From an uncultured Planctomycetota bacterium (GTDB taxonomy: Bacteria; Planctomycetota; Planctomycetia; Pirellulales; Lacipirellulaceae): a stretch of DNA of 64,000 bases. The position numbers and the translations under genes were made by a program. A model generated the notes under the pieces. That model did not search any database, was not told where the DNA came from, and worked only from the letters and a program-made list of their open reading frames with translations. Position 1 is the first letter of the stretch. The number at the start of each line of letters is the position of its first letter. The DNA lies in contig CAVRBU010000002.1 in the NCBI GenBank assembly GCA_963719315.1, positions 1,344,001 to 1,408,000 of the forward strand, given 5' to 3'. Of this stretch, positions 30,276 through 40,131 are shown one piece after another.

Positions 30276-31292
30276 TTATTTCGCTTCCCAAGTCTGCCGC
30301 AGCAGCCGCATCGGCGCCGGCGGCCGAAATTGCCACGCCCACGATTGGTCGAATACTTGCAACTGGAACATCTCCCAAGCCGCCCGTGGTCGCAACCACA
30401 TTTGCTTTGCAATCGCCCACCACAACCGCGGATTATATACCAACGATCGGAAGAACCGCTGTTGCCAATACTCGCTCGTCAAATGGTAATCTTGCGTCCC
30501 GTCCTCTTCCTCAATCAACTCGAAATAGGGCCGGGCGCACCGTTCAAGCTGCCCTGGTTCGGGATACCAACCGCCAAATTGATCGACCAGCATTGCATAT
30601 TGATACTGATCGCTGCCTCGCGGATGCGCACGATGACCGCGCTCAATCTCCACAGGGTCGAACTGATTCACGACGCGGAAGTGAATGGCAGTCGTCACCA
30701 ACCTGCCACGCTCTTTCAAGAGCCGCTGGCAGATCGCGAACATCTCGGCATAAATCTCGTCGGCTCTCCCCTCCGCGGCGTCGGCCACTTGCACAAAGTG
30801 CTCCAGCGATCCATTTGCGACAACCGAGTCAAACGAGTGTTCCCAATTCGTAGGGCAGGCAGTGTCCGCTCTAGTATCGCATTTCAATTCGGCGGGCGAG
30901 GCCCACCCTACGGTTTGCGCAAAGATGTTTCGGTAATTCAATTCGCGCACATCCAGCCCGCGCGCCCGATTCGCCGCCACTTGCGGTGGCGAAATCGTAA
31001 TCCCAATCGCCTTCGCCCCGCGACGCTCCGCCTGCTCCAGAATCCGCCCGTAACCACAACCAATATCGAGTAGTTGCGTTCCCTGCCCGCAACGCACTTG
31101 ATCGAGCAGGTAGTCGGCCTGCCGCGCTTGAGCTGCCAGGTAAGATGCCTGATCGTTGCGATCATCGACGTACTTGCCGTCCGTCAGATCGGTAAGTCCA
31201 CACGCCGGTGCCACGGTAAGCAGATCGTAGCAAGTGCGCACCGTCGGCGCGGTGTTCTGTTCTATCGACGCGGTGGCAGCGACGCTCGCCAT
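30276..31292 (-). CDS. Class I SAM-dependent methyltransferase, cyclopropane-fatty-acyl synthase-like, with an in-frame REP insertion
   Basis: 'LAAQARQ', 'LLDIGCGYG', 'GITISPPQ', 'FDSVVANGSLEHF', 'DYHLTS'. Confidence 0.85.
   Translation of the reverse strand: MASVAATASIEQNTAPTVRTCYDLLTVAPACGLTDLTDGKYVDDRNDQASYLAAQARQADYLLDQVRCGQGTQLLDIGCGYGRILEQAERRGAKAIGITISPPQVAANRARGLDVRELNYRNIFAQTVGWASPAELKCDTRADTACPTNWEHSFDSVVANGSLEHFVQVADAAEGRADEIYAEMFAICQRLLKERGRLVTTAIHFRVVNQFDPVEIERGHRAHPRGSDQYQYAMLVDQFGGWYPEPGQLERCARPYFELIEEEDGTQDYHLTSEYWQQRFFRSLVYNPRLWWAIAKQMWLRPRAAWEMFQLQVFDQSWAWQFRPPAPMRLLRQTWEAK
30849..30912. repeat. GTAG-type REP doublet (REPIN-like) inside the methyltransferase CDS
   Basis: CGTAGGGCAGGC...GCCCACCCTACG inverted pair; resembles the element at 43030-43089. 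Confidence 0.75.
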
Positions 31293-31370
31293 GAACGCCT
31301 CCCAATGGGGCAAAACGATGCCACCCGTGATTGTAGGCGATTGGCCGCGACGATCAAGCCACCGACAGCG

Positions 31371-32525
31371 TCACTGGGACTCGACCGGTGGCCGTGTCAA
31401 ACGAGCATCCTCTATCAGGCGACTCACGACTTCACGCGGTTCCTTCGACTCATCCAGCAAATCCAGCTGGCGCTGTGCCGCGCTTGGCTCTTGAGCCAAT
31501 CGGATGCAATCTTGCAGATAGCCCTCGCAGCAGAGCTCAGCCGCTGTCCGCTGCAAGATTATCACTAACTGTTCGACCGTTTCCGCCACTGGCGCCGACT
31601 GATACGAGATCGTATCCACGAGCCGCGCCTGGGTGCCGAAACGCGCCGCCCGCCATTTGTTCTGCTGCACCATCATCGGGTGGCAGTCCTGCTGATACGT
31701 ACCGTTGTCGATCTCATCGGAAAGCGCTTTCACCAGGCACTGCACCATCGCCGCCAGCGCCAGCGTATCCTTCAAGTTGCCCGGCATGTCGCACACTCGC
31801 ACTTCGACCGTCCCGAAAGTGTGGTGCGGCCGCACGTCCCACCATATCTCGCGGACCGTGTTGATGAAACCCGTATCGACCATGTGGTTCACCAACCACA
31901 CATATTCGCTCCAATTGCGCATCACCGTGGGCAACCCGGCAGTCGGTAATCCTTCCATTACTTTCGAACGATGCGAATGCAGACCCGTCTTCCGCCCTTC
32001 CCAAAACGGGCTGCTGACGCTCAGAGCCAGCAGCGTGGGCAAATGCCGCATGATGCGGTCGCAAATCATGACCGCCTTGTCCCCTGAATCGACGCCGACA
32101 TGCACGTGCAGACCAAACGTTACGAGCCGCCGCGCCATTTCCTGTAGCAGTTTCACCAGCTTCAAATAGCGGTCATCCGGCGTAATCCGCTGATCCAACC
32201 AGGACGAAAACGGGTGTGTCGCGCCCCACCACAGCCGCAACCCCAACGCATCGCATGCGGTTTCAACGACCTCAATCTTTCCCCGCAGGTCGCGCTCCGC
32301 CTCGCCGACCGTCTCACACACGCCGGTGTTGATTTCCAGCACGCATTGCATCAACTCGGGCTTGAAGTGGTCGGCGTCGTCGCTCTGATGACCTTCGGCG
32401 GTGAGCCGCGCGCTCAGCAGCCCATACGCACTCGTGAGCGCCATCGACGTCGCGTCCACAAGCCCGAGCTCCAGCTCTACACCAATCGTCGGCCGCTCGT
32501 TGCGATGAAAGTCGATTTTGGCCAT
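31371..32525 (-). CDS. ybdK: YbdK-family carboxylate-amine ligase (glutamate-cysteine ligase 2, GCS2)
   Basis: 'TIGVELELGLVD', 'KPELMQCVLEINTG', 'ATHPF', 'FGLHVHVG', 'SSPFWEG', 'WWDVRP...GTVEVRVCD', 'NKWRAARFG'. Confidence 0.93.
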   Translation of the reverse strand: MAKIDFHRNERPTIGVELELGLVDATSMALTSAYGLLSARLTAEGHQSDDADHFKPELMQCVLEINTGVCETVGEAERDLRGKIEVVETACDALGLRLWWGATHPFSSWLDQRITPDDRYLKLVKLLQEMARRLVTFGLHVHVGVDSGDKAVMICDRIMRHLPTLLALSVSSPFWEGRKTGLHSHRSKVMEGLPTAGLPTVMRNWSEYVWLVNHMVDTGFINTVREIWWDVRPHHTFGTVEVRVCDMPGNLKDTLALAAMVQCLVKALSDEIDNGTYQQDCHPMMVQQNKWRAARFGTQARLVDTISYQSAPVAETVEQLVIILQRTAAELCCEGYLQDCIRLAQEPSAAQRQLDLLDESKEPREVVSRLIEDARLTRPPVESQ

Positions 32526-32528
32526 GAC

Positions 32529-32621
32529 AATGGTCCGTTGTCCGTCGTCAGTAGTCCGTTGCGCTGAGCGCCGCGCTTAATCAGAATACAACGGACTACG
32601 GACTACTGACAACGGACCATT
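32529..32621. repeat. Palindromic element with 33-bp arms made of GTCMGTH-like heptamers
   Basis: AATGGTCCGTTGTCCGTCGTCAGTAGTCCGTTG ... CAACGGACTACGGACTACTGACAACGGACCATT, 3 mismatches in 33; fills almost the whole mqnD-ybdK gap. Confidence 0.9.
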
Positions 32622-32623
32622 AT

Positions 32624-33484
32624 TTACTTCACGAACTCCGGCGCCACCAGCTCCGGCAACACCCCTTCCGCGTAGCCCTGCGCGAGGAATTCCGTTACCG
32701 CCTGCTGCCCTCGCGGCCCGAAATCGAGCGTCCAGTCATTCACGTACATACCCACGAACTTGTCGGCCTGCCGATCATCGAGATCGCGGCCGTACTGTTG
32801 AGCGTAGCGTAGCGCATCCGTACGATGATTCAATCCGAATTCAATGCTCGCCTGAAGCAGCCGCTGCACTTCGCGAATCGTCTCCGCCCCTAAATCCTTG
32901 CGAATTACATTGGCCCCCAACGGAAGCGGCAAGCCGGTTTTTTCCTTCCACCACTGGCCCAAATCAACTATCAGTCGCAGCTGATGATCGCCATACGTGA
33001 GCTGTCCTTCGTGAATGATTAGGCCCGCGTCGATCGACTGGCCATTGCGTTTGCCGGCGACGACCGCGGGGATAATCTCATCGAACGGCACTTCCACACA
33101 CTTGAAATCATTGCCCAGGCAAAGACGCAGCGATAAATACGCACTCGTTAATTTGCCCGGTACGGCGATCCTCACGTCGCGCAATTGTTCAACGCTCATC
33201 GCCTCGCGGGCAACGACCATCGGCCCATACCCATCGCCCATACTCGCGCCACAGGTACACAAGATGTATTTGTCGTGCAAGAACGCGTAGGCGTGGATGC
33301 TTACGGCCGTAAGTTCGAGCTCGGCATCGAACGCACGTCGATTGAGCGTTTCAATATCGACCAGCTCGTGCGTAAATGCATAGTCGCCCGTGTCGAGCTG
33401 ATTATTGGCCAAGGCATAGAACATGAACGCATCATCGGGATCGGGGCTATGGCCAACCCGGATCAATTGCTTGGTAGCGGTCAA
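32624..33484 (-). CDS. mqnD: 1,4-dihydroxy-6-naphthoate synthase (futalosine menaquinone pathway; MqnA/MqnD family)
   Basis: 'GHSPDPDDAFMFYAL', 'DIETLN', 'ASMGDGYGP', 'IIHEGQLTY', 'LPLPLG', 'MYVN'. Confidence 0.9.
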   Translation of the reverse strand: MTATKQLIRVGHSPDPDDAFMFYALANNQLDTGDYAFTHELVDIETLNRRAFDAELELTAVSIHAYAFLHDKYILCTCGASMGDGYGPMVVAREAMSVEQLRDVRIAVPGKLTSAYLSLRLCLGNDFKCVEVPFDEIIPAVVAGKRNGQSIDAGLIIHEGQLTYGDHQLRLIVDLGQWWKEKTGLPLPLGANVIRKDLGAETIREVQRLLQASIEFGLNHRTDALRYAQQYGRDLDDRQADKFVGMYVNDWTLDFGPRGQQAVTEFLAQGYAEGVLPELVAPEFVK

Positions 33485-33560
33485 GATTAGGGTTCCTCAT
33501 GCGATGAATTGTTCATCGTATGATATCAGGAACCGCGGGCATCGCCCACCGCTCGCTCGA

Positions 33561-34016
33561 CTAAGCCTCGAACGAAATGCCCGGTTTTGCAGTGTGAATT
33601 CGGCTCGAACCATATGCCGCCGACTGCGGTGCCGCTGGCGCGGCCGCATCGCCGCTGCTCAATTTATCGCACACTAGCTGCCACGTTTGCCGCTCGTATT
33701 CCAACAGACTCAACACCTCGGCAAGGGCCGCCGCATCCGTGTTGATCTTCGCTTCCGAAATGCGGCGGAACAGATACCAGTATAATTCCCCGATATGCTT
33801 GTTAAGTTCGCTCTTATTCTCGCGAACGCCCGCCAACAACTCGCCCACGATATCTATTGCCCGCAATAAAGGCGCGGCGGCGGCCATCGCGTCGCCTCGT
33901 TGCAGCGCGACCTCGGCTTGCCTCCCGAAGCGTATGGCGCCCTCGACCAGCAACAAGTGCAAGCGATGCGGCGGCGCGGTCAGCACCTTCGATTCAAGGT
34001 ACGACGATTGATGCAT
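33561..34016 (-). CDS. fliS: Flagellin export chaperone FliS
   Basis: 'YLESKVLTAPPHRLHLLLVEGAI', 'LYWYL'; located after fliD. Confidence 0.9.
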   Translation of the reverse strand: MHQSSYLESKVLTAPPHRLHLLLVEGAIRFGRQAEVALQRGDAMAAAAPLLRAIDIVGELLAGVRENKSELNKHIGELYWYLFRRISEAKINTDAAALAEVLSLLEYERQTWQLVCDKLSSGDAAAPAAPQSAAYGSSRIHTAKPGISFEA

Positions 34017-34067
34017 GGCAGAAATCGATTCTCTGACTAAATGTTTTGGCAAGCGACAATTGTTCGA

Positions 34068-36791
34068 CTACCCCCTCGAACTCGTCAGCGGCGGAATTAC
34101 CTGCAACGAACTCAGCGCCGAAAGGTTGTCTTTCAGTTTCGACACAGTCGATTCAAGATTGTAAAACATCAGCAGCAATCGCTCTCGCTGGCGGTCCAAG
34201 CTGTCGGACAGTGACTCTAGACGCTTGTTGTTGGAGTCGATGATCTGCTTGAGCGATTCGCTACGGGTCGCCAGCGTCGAGTTGTTTGCGCCTGCCAACT
34301 GCTCGATCGTATCGTCGAGCTTAGTGGCAAAACCCCGCTTGTCGTCGGTGAATAGCTGCTTGAGTGCGGCGGGGTCCTTGTCGAATGCCGCCGTTAGCTT
34401 CGTCTCATCCAGTTCCAACTTACCGTTGGCGTCGACGTTGATGCCGATCGCCGCCAGCGAATCGAATTGGCCTACGCCGAAAAAACGCGACGTCAGGACG
34501 CGGGAAATATCCGTATCAACTCGCAGCGCCGCTTGCGTGCCGAACAGAATGCCCGTCGTCAGATCGTCGGCATTAAATGCCGTCGTTTTGTCGAGAGTGT
34601 CGCGGAGCGAATTGTAGGACGACACGAATTCCTTGACGCCACTCACCAATGCGCTGCTCGACGCCTGCACACTCACAGTCACCGGCTTCAGCGAACCGTC
34701 ATTCACTGTCAGATTGATGCCATCCACGATGTTTGTGAAATTGTTCGTGGACGAGCTGATCAGTACGCCGCCTGCGCCGCTCGAGCCGTACTGCACGATG
34801 GCGTCGCGGCCAGTGTTGATTTCCTGGAGCGACAACGCCGTGTTGCCCGTGTCGATCAGCAGTTCGTTGGCCGCGCCGGAATTGTCGGCTGAAATCGACA
34901 GTCGTTGCCGCGTGCCATCGTTCAGCAGGCTAGCCGTTACGCCTCGCTTGAGCGAGTTGATCTTCGTCACCAAGTCCTTCAAAGTGTCGTCAGCATCGAT
35001 GGCGACCGTCGTGGTCGCGGTGCCGTCAATAACCTGCGTCGGCAAGCCATTCACGGTCGTCTCGACCGACGTGCCTAGCAGCCGCAAATCCTTGGCAGAC
35101 GTACCGTTGCCGACTTCGGTCACCGTAATCTTGCCGGCCCCGCCGGCCGTATCGATGAGTTCAATGCCGTCGCCACGATCGTTGATTCGGGCCTCGACAC
35201 TCACATTCGTCAGCGCGTTGATCCGGGCGATCACGTCGCCAACCGTCGTCGCTATATCGCCGACCTTGTTCAAATCCACTGCGCCCACAATTCCATTCGT
35301 ACCGGTTATTTTGAAATCGCCGACGTAAATTCCCGCTCCACCATTGAGCGACGACAACAGCGTAGCTTCACTGATTTGCTTCCGCGACAGAGCGCCACTG
35401 TTGACTTTCGTGGCGGTGGTGTTGGCGGCAATCCCCAAGGCCGTGGCCGAGTTGTGGGCGTCGCCGTCGGCCACGATCAGGTTGCTCGCCGTCGCGCCGG
35501 TCGTATCCGTCAATTGAATGCCGTTGCGGGCAGAGTTGATGCTGGCTGTCACGCCAGTCGCTTGCGCGTTGATCGCCGCGACAATCTCGCCCAGCGTCGC
35601 GGCCGCCGACAGATTGATATTCGACGTCACGCTGTTGCGATTGGTGATATTGATTTGGCCCAGCGTGCCCAGCCCGGCGCCGCCTTTTAAGCTCGAAACC
35701 AGCGTATCGCGCAGGCCGCTTACGAGTCGTCGGCCGCTGATCGTGTCTCCCACGGAACTCGCCGTCAGTCCCAAGTCGTCCGCAGCCGTCCCACTGCCAA
35801 CATTGGAAACGGCAAACGTCCCCGAACCCGAAGTGAGATCGGTCAACTCCAGCCGGTTGCCGTCGCTGCCTATCGCTGCCGACAACTGCGTCGGCGCAGC
35901 CGCATTGATCGCCGCCAGTACATCTCCCAGCGTTTTCGCGCTGCCCAAGTCGACCGTGACCGTCGAACCGTCGGCCAGCGCAATACTTAAATCGTTTCCA
36001 TCGCGTAGCTGGATGCCCGTACCATCGTTGAGTCGCAGCAACTCCGTCTTCGTGTGCAACGTAAAAACGTCATTGCCCGTCGCGGCCGCCGCGTTCACAT
36101 CAATGCCGGCCAGACCCAGGCTGCTGGCGGTTGTTCCCCCCGCAACCTCTTGCACCCTTAGATTTCCCGAGCCGCCCGTCTTGTCCGTGAGTTCAAACGA
36201 GTCGCCAACCGCCGCGGCCGAGACGTTGATCGCCGTATTTCCATTGATCGCCGCCAGCACATCATCCACATTGCGAGCGTAGCTCAGGTCGATTACGGCG
36301 CTCGCACCGCTGCGATCGGTGATGCGGATACTGCCCCGCTGCACGCCGTCTCCGCCGTTCAGCTCGTCGAGCGAGATGCCTTGGTCAATAAAACCACCCG
36401 TGCCGAAAGTAAACGATCCAGCGCCGATCGCTTCCGTAGCCCCAAAACTCTGGCTCAGCAACTGCTGAGCAGACGCCGTCTGAACCGGTGTGAAGAGGTA
36501 GTTGCCAACCGCCGGACTGCCATCGGTCGCAATTGCGGCCGTCAGTGAACTATCGCTCAACGTCACCTGCCGCGAATCGAATATACTCGCGGTGTTCAGT
36601 TGTTTGGTCTCAAATTGAAACGCCACCAACAGCGACGTCAATTGCGTGACCGCCAGCTTTTCTGATTGCAGGGTCTGCGTACGCGCGGTCAGGATATTCT
36701 TCGGCTGAGACGCGAGCGCGATGAGCTTATCGACTGTATCCTGGATCGGGATGCCGGTGATCAGGCCAGTGCTGGATTGAATACGAGTCAT
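34068..36791 (-). CDS. fliD: Flagellar filament cap protein FliD (large, 907 aa)
   Basis: N-terminal 'GLITGIPIQDTVDKLI'; C-terminal 'SSTNNFTNIVDGINLT', 'FVSSYNSL', 'LELDETKL', 'FYNLESTVSKL'. Confidence 0.93.
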   Translation of the reverse strand: MTRIQSSTGLITGIPIQDTVDKLIALASQPKNILTARTQTLQSEKLAVTQLTSLLVAFQFETKQLNTASIFDSRQVTLSDSSLTAAIATDGSPAVGNYLFTPVQTASAQQLLSQSFGATEAIGAGSFTFGTGGFIDQGISLDELNGGDGVQRGSIRITDRSGASAVIDLSYARNVDDVLAAINGNTAINVSAAAVGDSFELTDKTGGSGNLRVQEVAGGTTASSLGLAGIDVNAAAATGNDVFTLHTKTELLRLNDGTGIQLRDGNDLSIALADGSTVTVDLGSAKTLGDVLAAINAAAPTQLSAAIGSDGNRLELTDLTSGSGTFAVSNVGSGTAADDLGLTASSVGDTISGRRLVSGLRDTLVSSLKGGAGLGTLGQINITNRNSVTSNINLSAAATLGEIVAAINAQATGVTASINSARNGIQLTDTTGATASNLIVADGDAHNSATALGIAANTTATKVNSGALSRKQISEATLLSSLNGGAGIYVGDFKITGTNGIVGAVDLNKVGDIATTVGDVIARINALTNVSVEARINDRGDGIELIDTAGGAGKITVTEVGNGTSAKDLRLLGTSVETTVNGLPTQVIDGTATTTVAIDADDTLKDLVTKINSLKRGVTASLLNDGTRQRLSISADNSGAANELLIDTGNTALSLQEINTGRDAIVQYGSSGAGGVLISSSTNNFTNIVDGINLTVNDGSLKPVTVSVQASSSALVSGVKEFVSSYNSLRDTLDKTTAFNADDLTTGILFGTQAALRVDTDISRVLTSRFFGVGQFDSLAAIGINVDANGKLELDETKLTAAFDKDPAALKQLFTDDKRGFATKLDDTIEQLAGANNSTLATRSESLKQIIDSNNKRLESLSDSLDRQRERLLLMFYNLESTVSKLKDNLSALSSLQVIPPLTSSRG

Positions 36792-36934
36792 GAGCAATCA
36801 ACGATCTTTAGCGTCGGCCGCCAGTCCGAATCCACCGCTCCCAATCGCCACTCCCCAAATACACGCGCCGCCAACACTACTCACTGTAAATCTACGGCGC
36901 AGCAGCTAGCATCGGGCGCGGAACCCTACCGAAT

Positions 36935-36962
36935 ATATCGACCGCGCAGGCACCCTTTCTCA
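36935..36962 (-). promoter_or_regulatory. Possible sigma28 promoter for fliD-fliS
   Basis: Minus strand TGAG-N16-GTCGATAT: same -10 as the fliC promoter, weak -35. Confidence 0.45.
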
Positions 36963-37042
36963 ACGCCGTCTACAACCACCCGCGTCGCTATCCGCCGCCA
37001 TAGCCGCCGAGCTACGCTCGGCCGGGTTTCCGCTTCCTCAAC

Positions 37043-37082
37043 AAAAACAGCCGGCCCGACCCCAAAGGGCCGAACCGGCTGG
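37043..37082 (-). terminator. Rho-independent terminator of fliC
   Basis: Minus strand CAGCCGGTTCGGCCC-TTTG-GGGTCGGGCCGGCTG followed by TTTTT. Confidence 0.85.
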
Positions 37083-37121
37083 TAGAATTCCTACTTATTC
37101 CGAGTCGAACGCCGGCTGAGC

Positions 37122-39218
37122 TTATCGCAGCAGCGCCAGCACGTTTTGCGGGTTCTGGTTGGCGATTTGGAGCACCGTCGTGCCAGACTGCACCAGGATT
37201 TGGGCCCGGGTGAGGGCGGCCGTTTCCGTAGCGAAGTCCGCGTCGCGAATTTGGCTATCCGCTTCCGTCAGGTTGACCAACGTGTCACCGAGGGCATTCT
37301 TGTTGGTTTCCAGCGACGTGCGTTGGAACGCACCCAACCGACCACGGAGCGTCGTTACTTGATTGATCGCCTCTTCCACGATCCGGGCCGCGGTTGTCGG
37401 ATTCGATGCGAGGTCGGCACTGCCACCGTCCCCCAGTTGGAACAACTTTCCGCTGACACCACCCAGCTTGGCCGTATTCACGCTCGTAATGCCGATGCGG
37501 GCCTGCTGATTGCTGACCACGTCCGGTCCGAGTTGGAACAGGGCCCCGCCGCCGGTGATGTCGAACGCGATCGAGCCGGTAAAGCCAGCTGCAACCGAGG
37601 TCGTCAGATCGAGCGTCGAGGTGTTGATCGACAGCTTGTTGCCGTCGCCCTTGGCGGCGATGCCGTTAATGGACGCGACCACGTCGGTGCCCGCGTTGCG
37701 CGTGCCTAGGCCGACGGCCGCTCCAATCGTGCCGCCACTAACCTCGTCGATCACCTTGATGTCCACAAACGCGGCCGAACCGTAATCCGTGGACTCGAAT
37801 TCCAAGGTCGTGCCGTTCACCGTGGCTTTGACACCCGTAGCGTCCTGGACCAAGTTGATGGCGTTTGCTACATCTGTAATCGAGGTATTGGCGTCGAAGG
37901 AGAAAACTTCGGAACCCGTCTTACCGGACAACTCGAAAACCGCAGCCTGGGACAAACCGCCGCTCGCATCGGCACCCAGACCCAACGCAGCAGCCGAAGG
38001 CGGCGTGTCGTTCGTATCGATGTAGTTCGCATCTCCCGTCACCAGGGCCGAAGCGCTATAACCGCTGAGGCCATTGATCGCCGCAGCGATGGCCGCCTTG
38101 GTCACGGTGCCCCGCACGTCGACCACGATATTGCTGCCCGAGAACGACGCGACCGCCGTGTTATTCGTGATAGTAGTCGATTCTTGGATCGTCACCGTCA
38201 CGCCATTTGCCGCAGAACCAGCCGTATCGGCTGTGACCGTAATCGCCGCGCTGCCCGCATCGCGGCCACCGGCAAGCGTGCCGGCGCCCACGTTTGTGGC
38301 GGCAATTGTGTCCGTACCGTCGGTCGTGCCGGAAACCGCGAAGTCCGTGCCGGCATTGATCACGTTCACGAGGTCGTCAACTGTGTTGTTGCCACCGGTG
38401 ATATCAACCGTCACCGTCAGGGTGTCGCTGGTGGCATTGTACAATGCGCCTTCCACCGCGCCGTCCACGATCACCAGGTTTTTCGCACCGTTGCCTTCCG
38501 CGTTCGCCGCATTGCCGGTCGATGACGCGGTCAGCGTAAACGTCGCGTTGTTTGTCGTGTCTAAAGTAACGACACCAGCCGCCTGCGAGGCCGTGTTGGT
38601 CACATTGAGCGTCGCGGTCGCGTTGGCTGCCGCGGTCGCCGCGGCAAAACCGGCGATGTCCACCTGCGCGTTCGTGGCCGCCGTCGTCACAGCAAGATTC
38701 ACAGACACCGCACCCGTTGCGCCCAGGTTGGCCTGGTCGATTTGCAAACCGCTCAGCTTATTGAAGTTCGTGCCGGCCGAGGTGATGAAGTCCAAACTGC
38801 CGTCCAACAGCTTTCGGCCTTGGAACGTGACCGTTTGGGCGATCCGATTCAACGCTTCCAGCGAGGAATCAATTTGCGACTGGTTGGCGGCGATTTGCTC
38901 CGCGCTCACACCACCCGTATTCGCCGCTTCCGTAACCAATCCACGAATGTCGTTCAGCAGCGAACTGACCTGGCCCAAAGCGCTGTCGGCCGTGGCAATC
39001 ACTTGATTGGCACGGTCCGTATTGCCGATGGCCCGCTGAATGCTCGTGATGTCGCTACGCAAGTTTTCGCTGGCGATCAAACCGGCCGGGTCGTCCTTGC
39101 CGGTGTTGATTCGCAAACCCGTGCTCAACCGCGTAAGAGCTTGCTGCAACGACTGATTGGATCGTCCCAGCGAATTCCGGGCAACCAAAGAACTCACATT
39201 CGTGTTAATACGTGTCAT
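37122..39218 (-). CDS. fliC: Flagellin
   Basis: 'MTRINTN', 'RLSTGLRIN..KDDPAGL', 'LRGRLGAFQ', 'SQIRDADFATET', 'ANQNPQNVLALLR'. Confidence 0.98.
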   Translation of the reverse strand: MTRINTNVSSLVARNSLGRSNQSLQQALTRLSTGLRINTGKDDPAGLIASENLRSDITSIQRAIGNTDRANQVIATADSALGQVSSLLNDIRGLVTEAANTGGVSAEQIAANQSQIDSSLEALNRIAQTVTFQGRKLLDGSLDFITSAGTNFNKLSGLQIDQANLGATGAVSVNLAVTTAATNAQVDIAGFAAATAAANATATLNVTNTASQAAGVVTLDTTNNATFTLTASSTGNAANAEGNGAKNLVIVDGAVEGALYNATSDTLTVTVDITGGNNTVDDLVNVINAGTDFAVSGTTDGTDTIAATNVGAGTLAGGRDAGSAAITVTADTAGSAANGVTVTIQESTTITNNTAVASFSGSNIVVDVRGTVTKAAIAAAINGLSGYSASALVTGDANYIDTNDTPPSAAALGLGADASGGLSQAAVFELSGKTGSEVFSFDANTSITDVANAINLVQDATGVKATVNGTTLEFESTDYGSAAFVDIKVIDEVSGGTIGAAVGLGTRNAGTDVVASINGIAAKGDGNKLSINTSTLDLTTSVAAGFTGSIAFDITGGGALFQLGPDVVSNQQARIGITSVNTAKLGGVSGKLFQLGDGGSADLASNPTTAARIVEEAINQVTTLRGRLGAFQRTSLETNKNALGDTLVNLTEADSQIRDADFATETAALTRAQILVQSGTTVLQIANQNPQNVLALLR

Positions 39219-39524
39219 TTCTCAAAACCCCCCTTTGGGACAGGAACTTGTTCCAACCTAGGCCGGAGTGCGCTATTGCGCCGTTACCAGCGTGTTGTAT
39301 TGTGGTGACTTATAAGCTTTGCGATCCAAGACAACGCGTCTTGATTGCGATCGTGTTCGTTCATCGTTCCCTATTGCTCGTCAGCTCAGGGACACCCTTC
39401 CACTTGGTGGTAGAAGGTGACTGAATCAAACTGAGCAAGCCTAGGTTGCGATTTCTGTACGGGGAGCCGCCGCGACGAAAAATTGGCGGCACGAGCCTTT
39501 CCGCATCTACTCGCCTATGCCAAC

Positions 39525-39552
39525 ATATCGACGGGTCAATTTAGGGTCTTTA
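39525..39552 (-). promoter_or_regulatory. Sigma28 (FliA/SigD-type) promoter of fliC
   Basis: Minus strand TAAA-N16-GTCGATAT versus the SigD-type consensus TAAA-N16-GCCGATAT. Confidence 0.8.
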
Positions 39553-39642
39553 CGCAGTCAGCTTGCTTTTCAATCAACCGCCGAAAGGGATGAACGCACA
39601 GCCGTCACAATCGGCACAATCCGCAAGGGCAACCCTAGCGCA

Positions 39643-39876
39643 CTACTTTTGTTCGGAAGGAGACTTGCCGATTTGCCGCGCTTCATCCAGGCGAATTTGA
39701 GCCGCCTGTTGGTTCTCGCGCTGAATGGCTTCGTAGACCTCGCGCCGATGGACCGACACTTCGCGCGGGGCCTCGATGCCCAGCCGCACTTTGTCGCCGC
39801 GCACGTCCACGATGGTTACGACGATGTTATCGCCAATGATGATGCTCTCGTCGCGCTGTCGGGAAAGCACAAGCAT
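39643..39876 (-). CDS. csrA: Carbon storage regulator / translational regulator CsrA
   Basis: '[18 protein letters not shown]...[19 protein letters not shown]'. Confidence 0.97.
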   Translation of the reverse strand: MLVLSRQRDESIIIGDNIVVTIVDVRGDKVRLGIEAPREVSVHRREVYEAIQRENQQAAQIRLDEARQIGKSPSEQK

Positions 39877-40131
39877 GGTTTACCCGCTGTACGTCAGCCG
39901 TTCGGGCTGACCGGTCGGAGTCCGTTGGCAAATAAGCCAAACGTGCGCTCGGCCACGTACTAGCTTGATCGGAACTCGCTCGCCGCGCACTCAAGAAAGC
40001 CGGCAGACGATTAGAACGTAACGGTTGTGGCAGTCGTCCGCTCGCTCTCTTACATCTCGACACCGCCCCAACCACCCCGGCGGACTGGTCGCTTCAGCGA
40101 CCAGTAAGAAAACTGACCAAGCGCCGATTCA

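Noticed and set aside
32529..32621. Short repeats as a possible CRISPR array (also 50003-50064 and 44835-44925)
   Set aside because: Units are 7-8 nt, tandem and inverted, with no 25-40-nt repeat/spacer periodicity and no cas genes.
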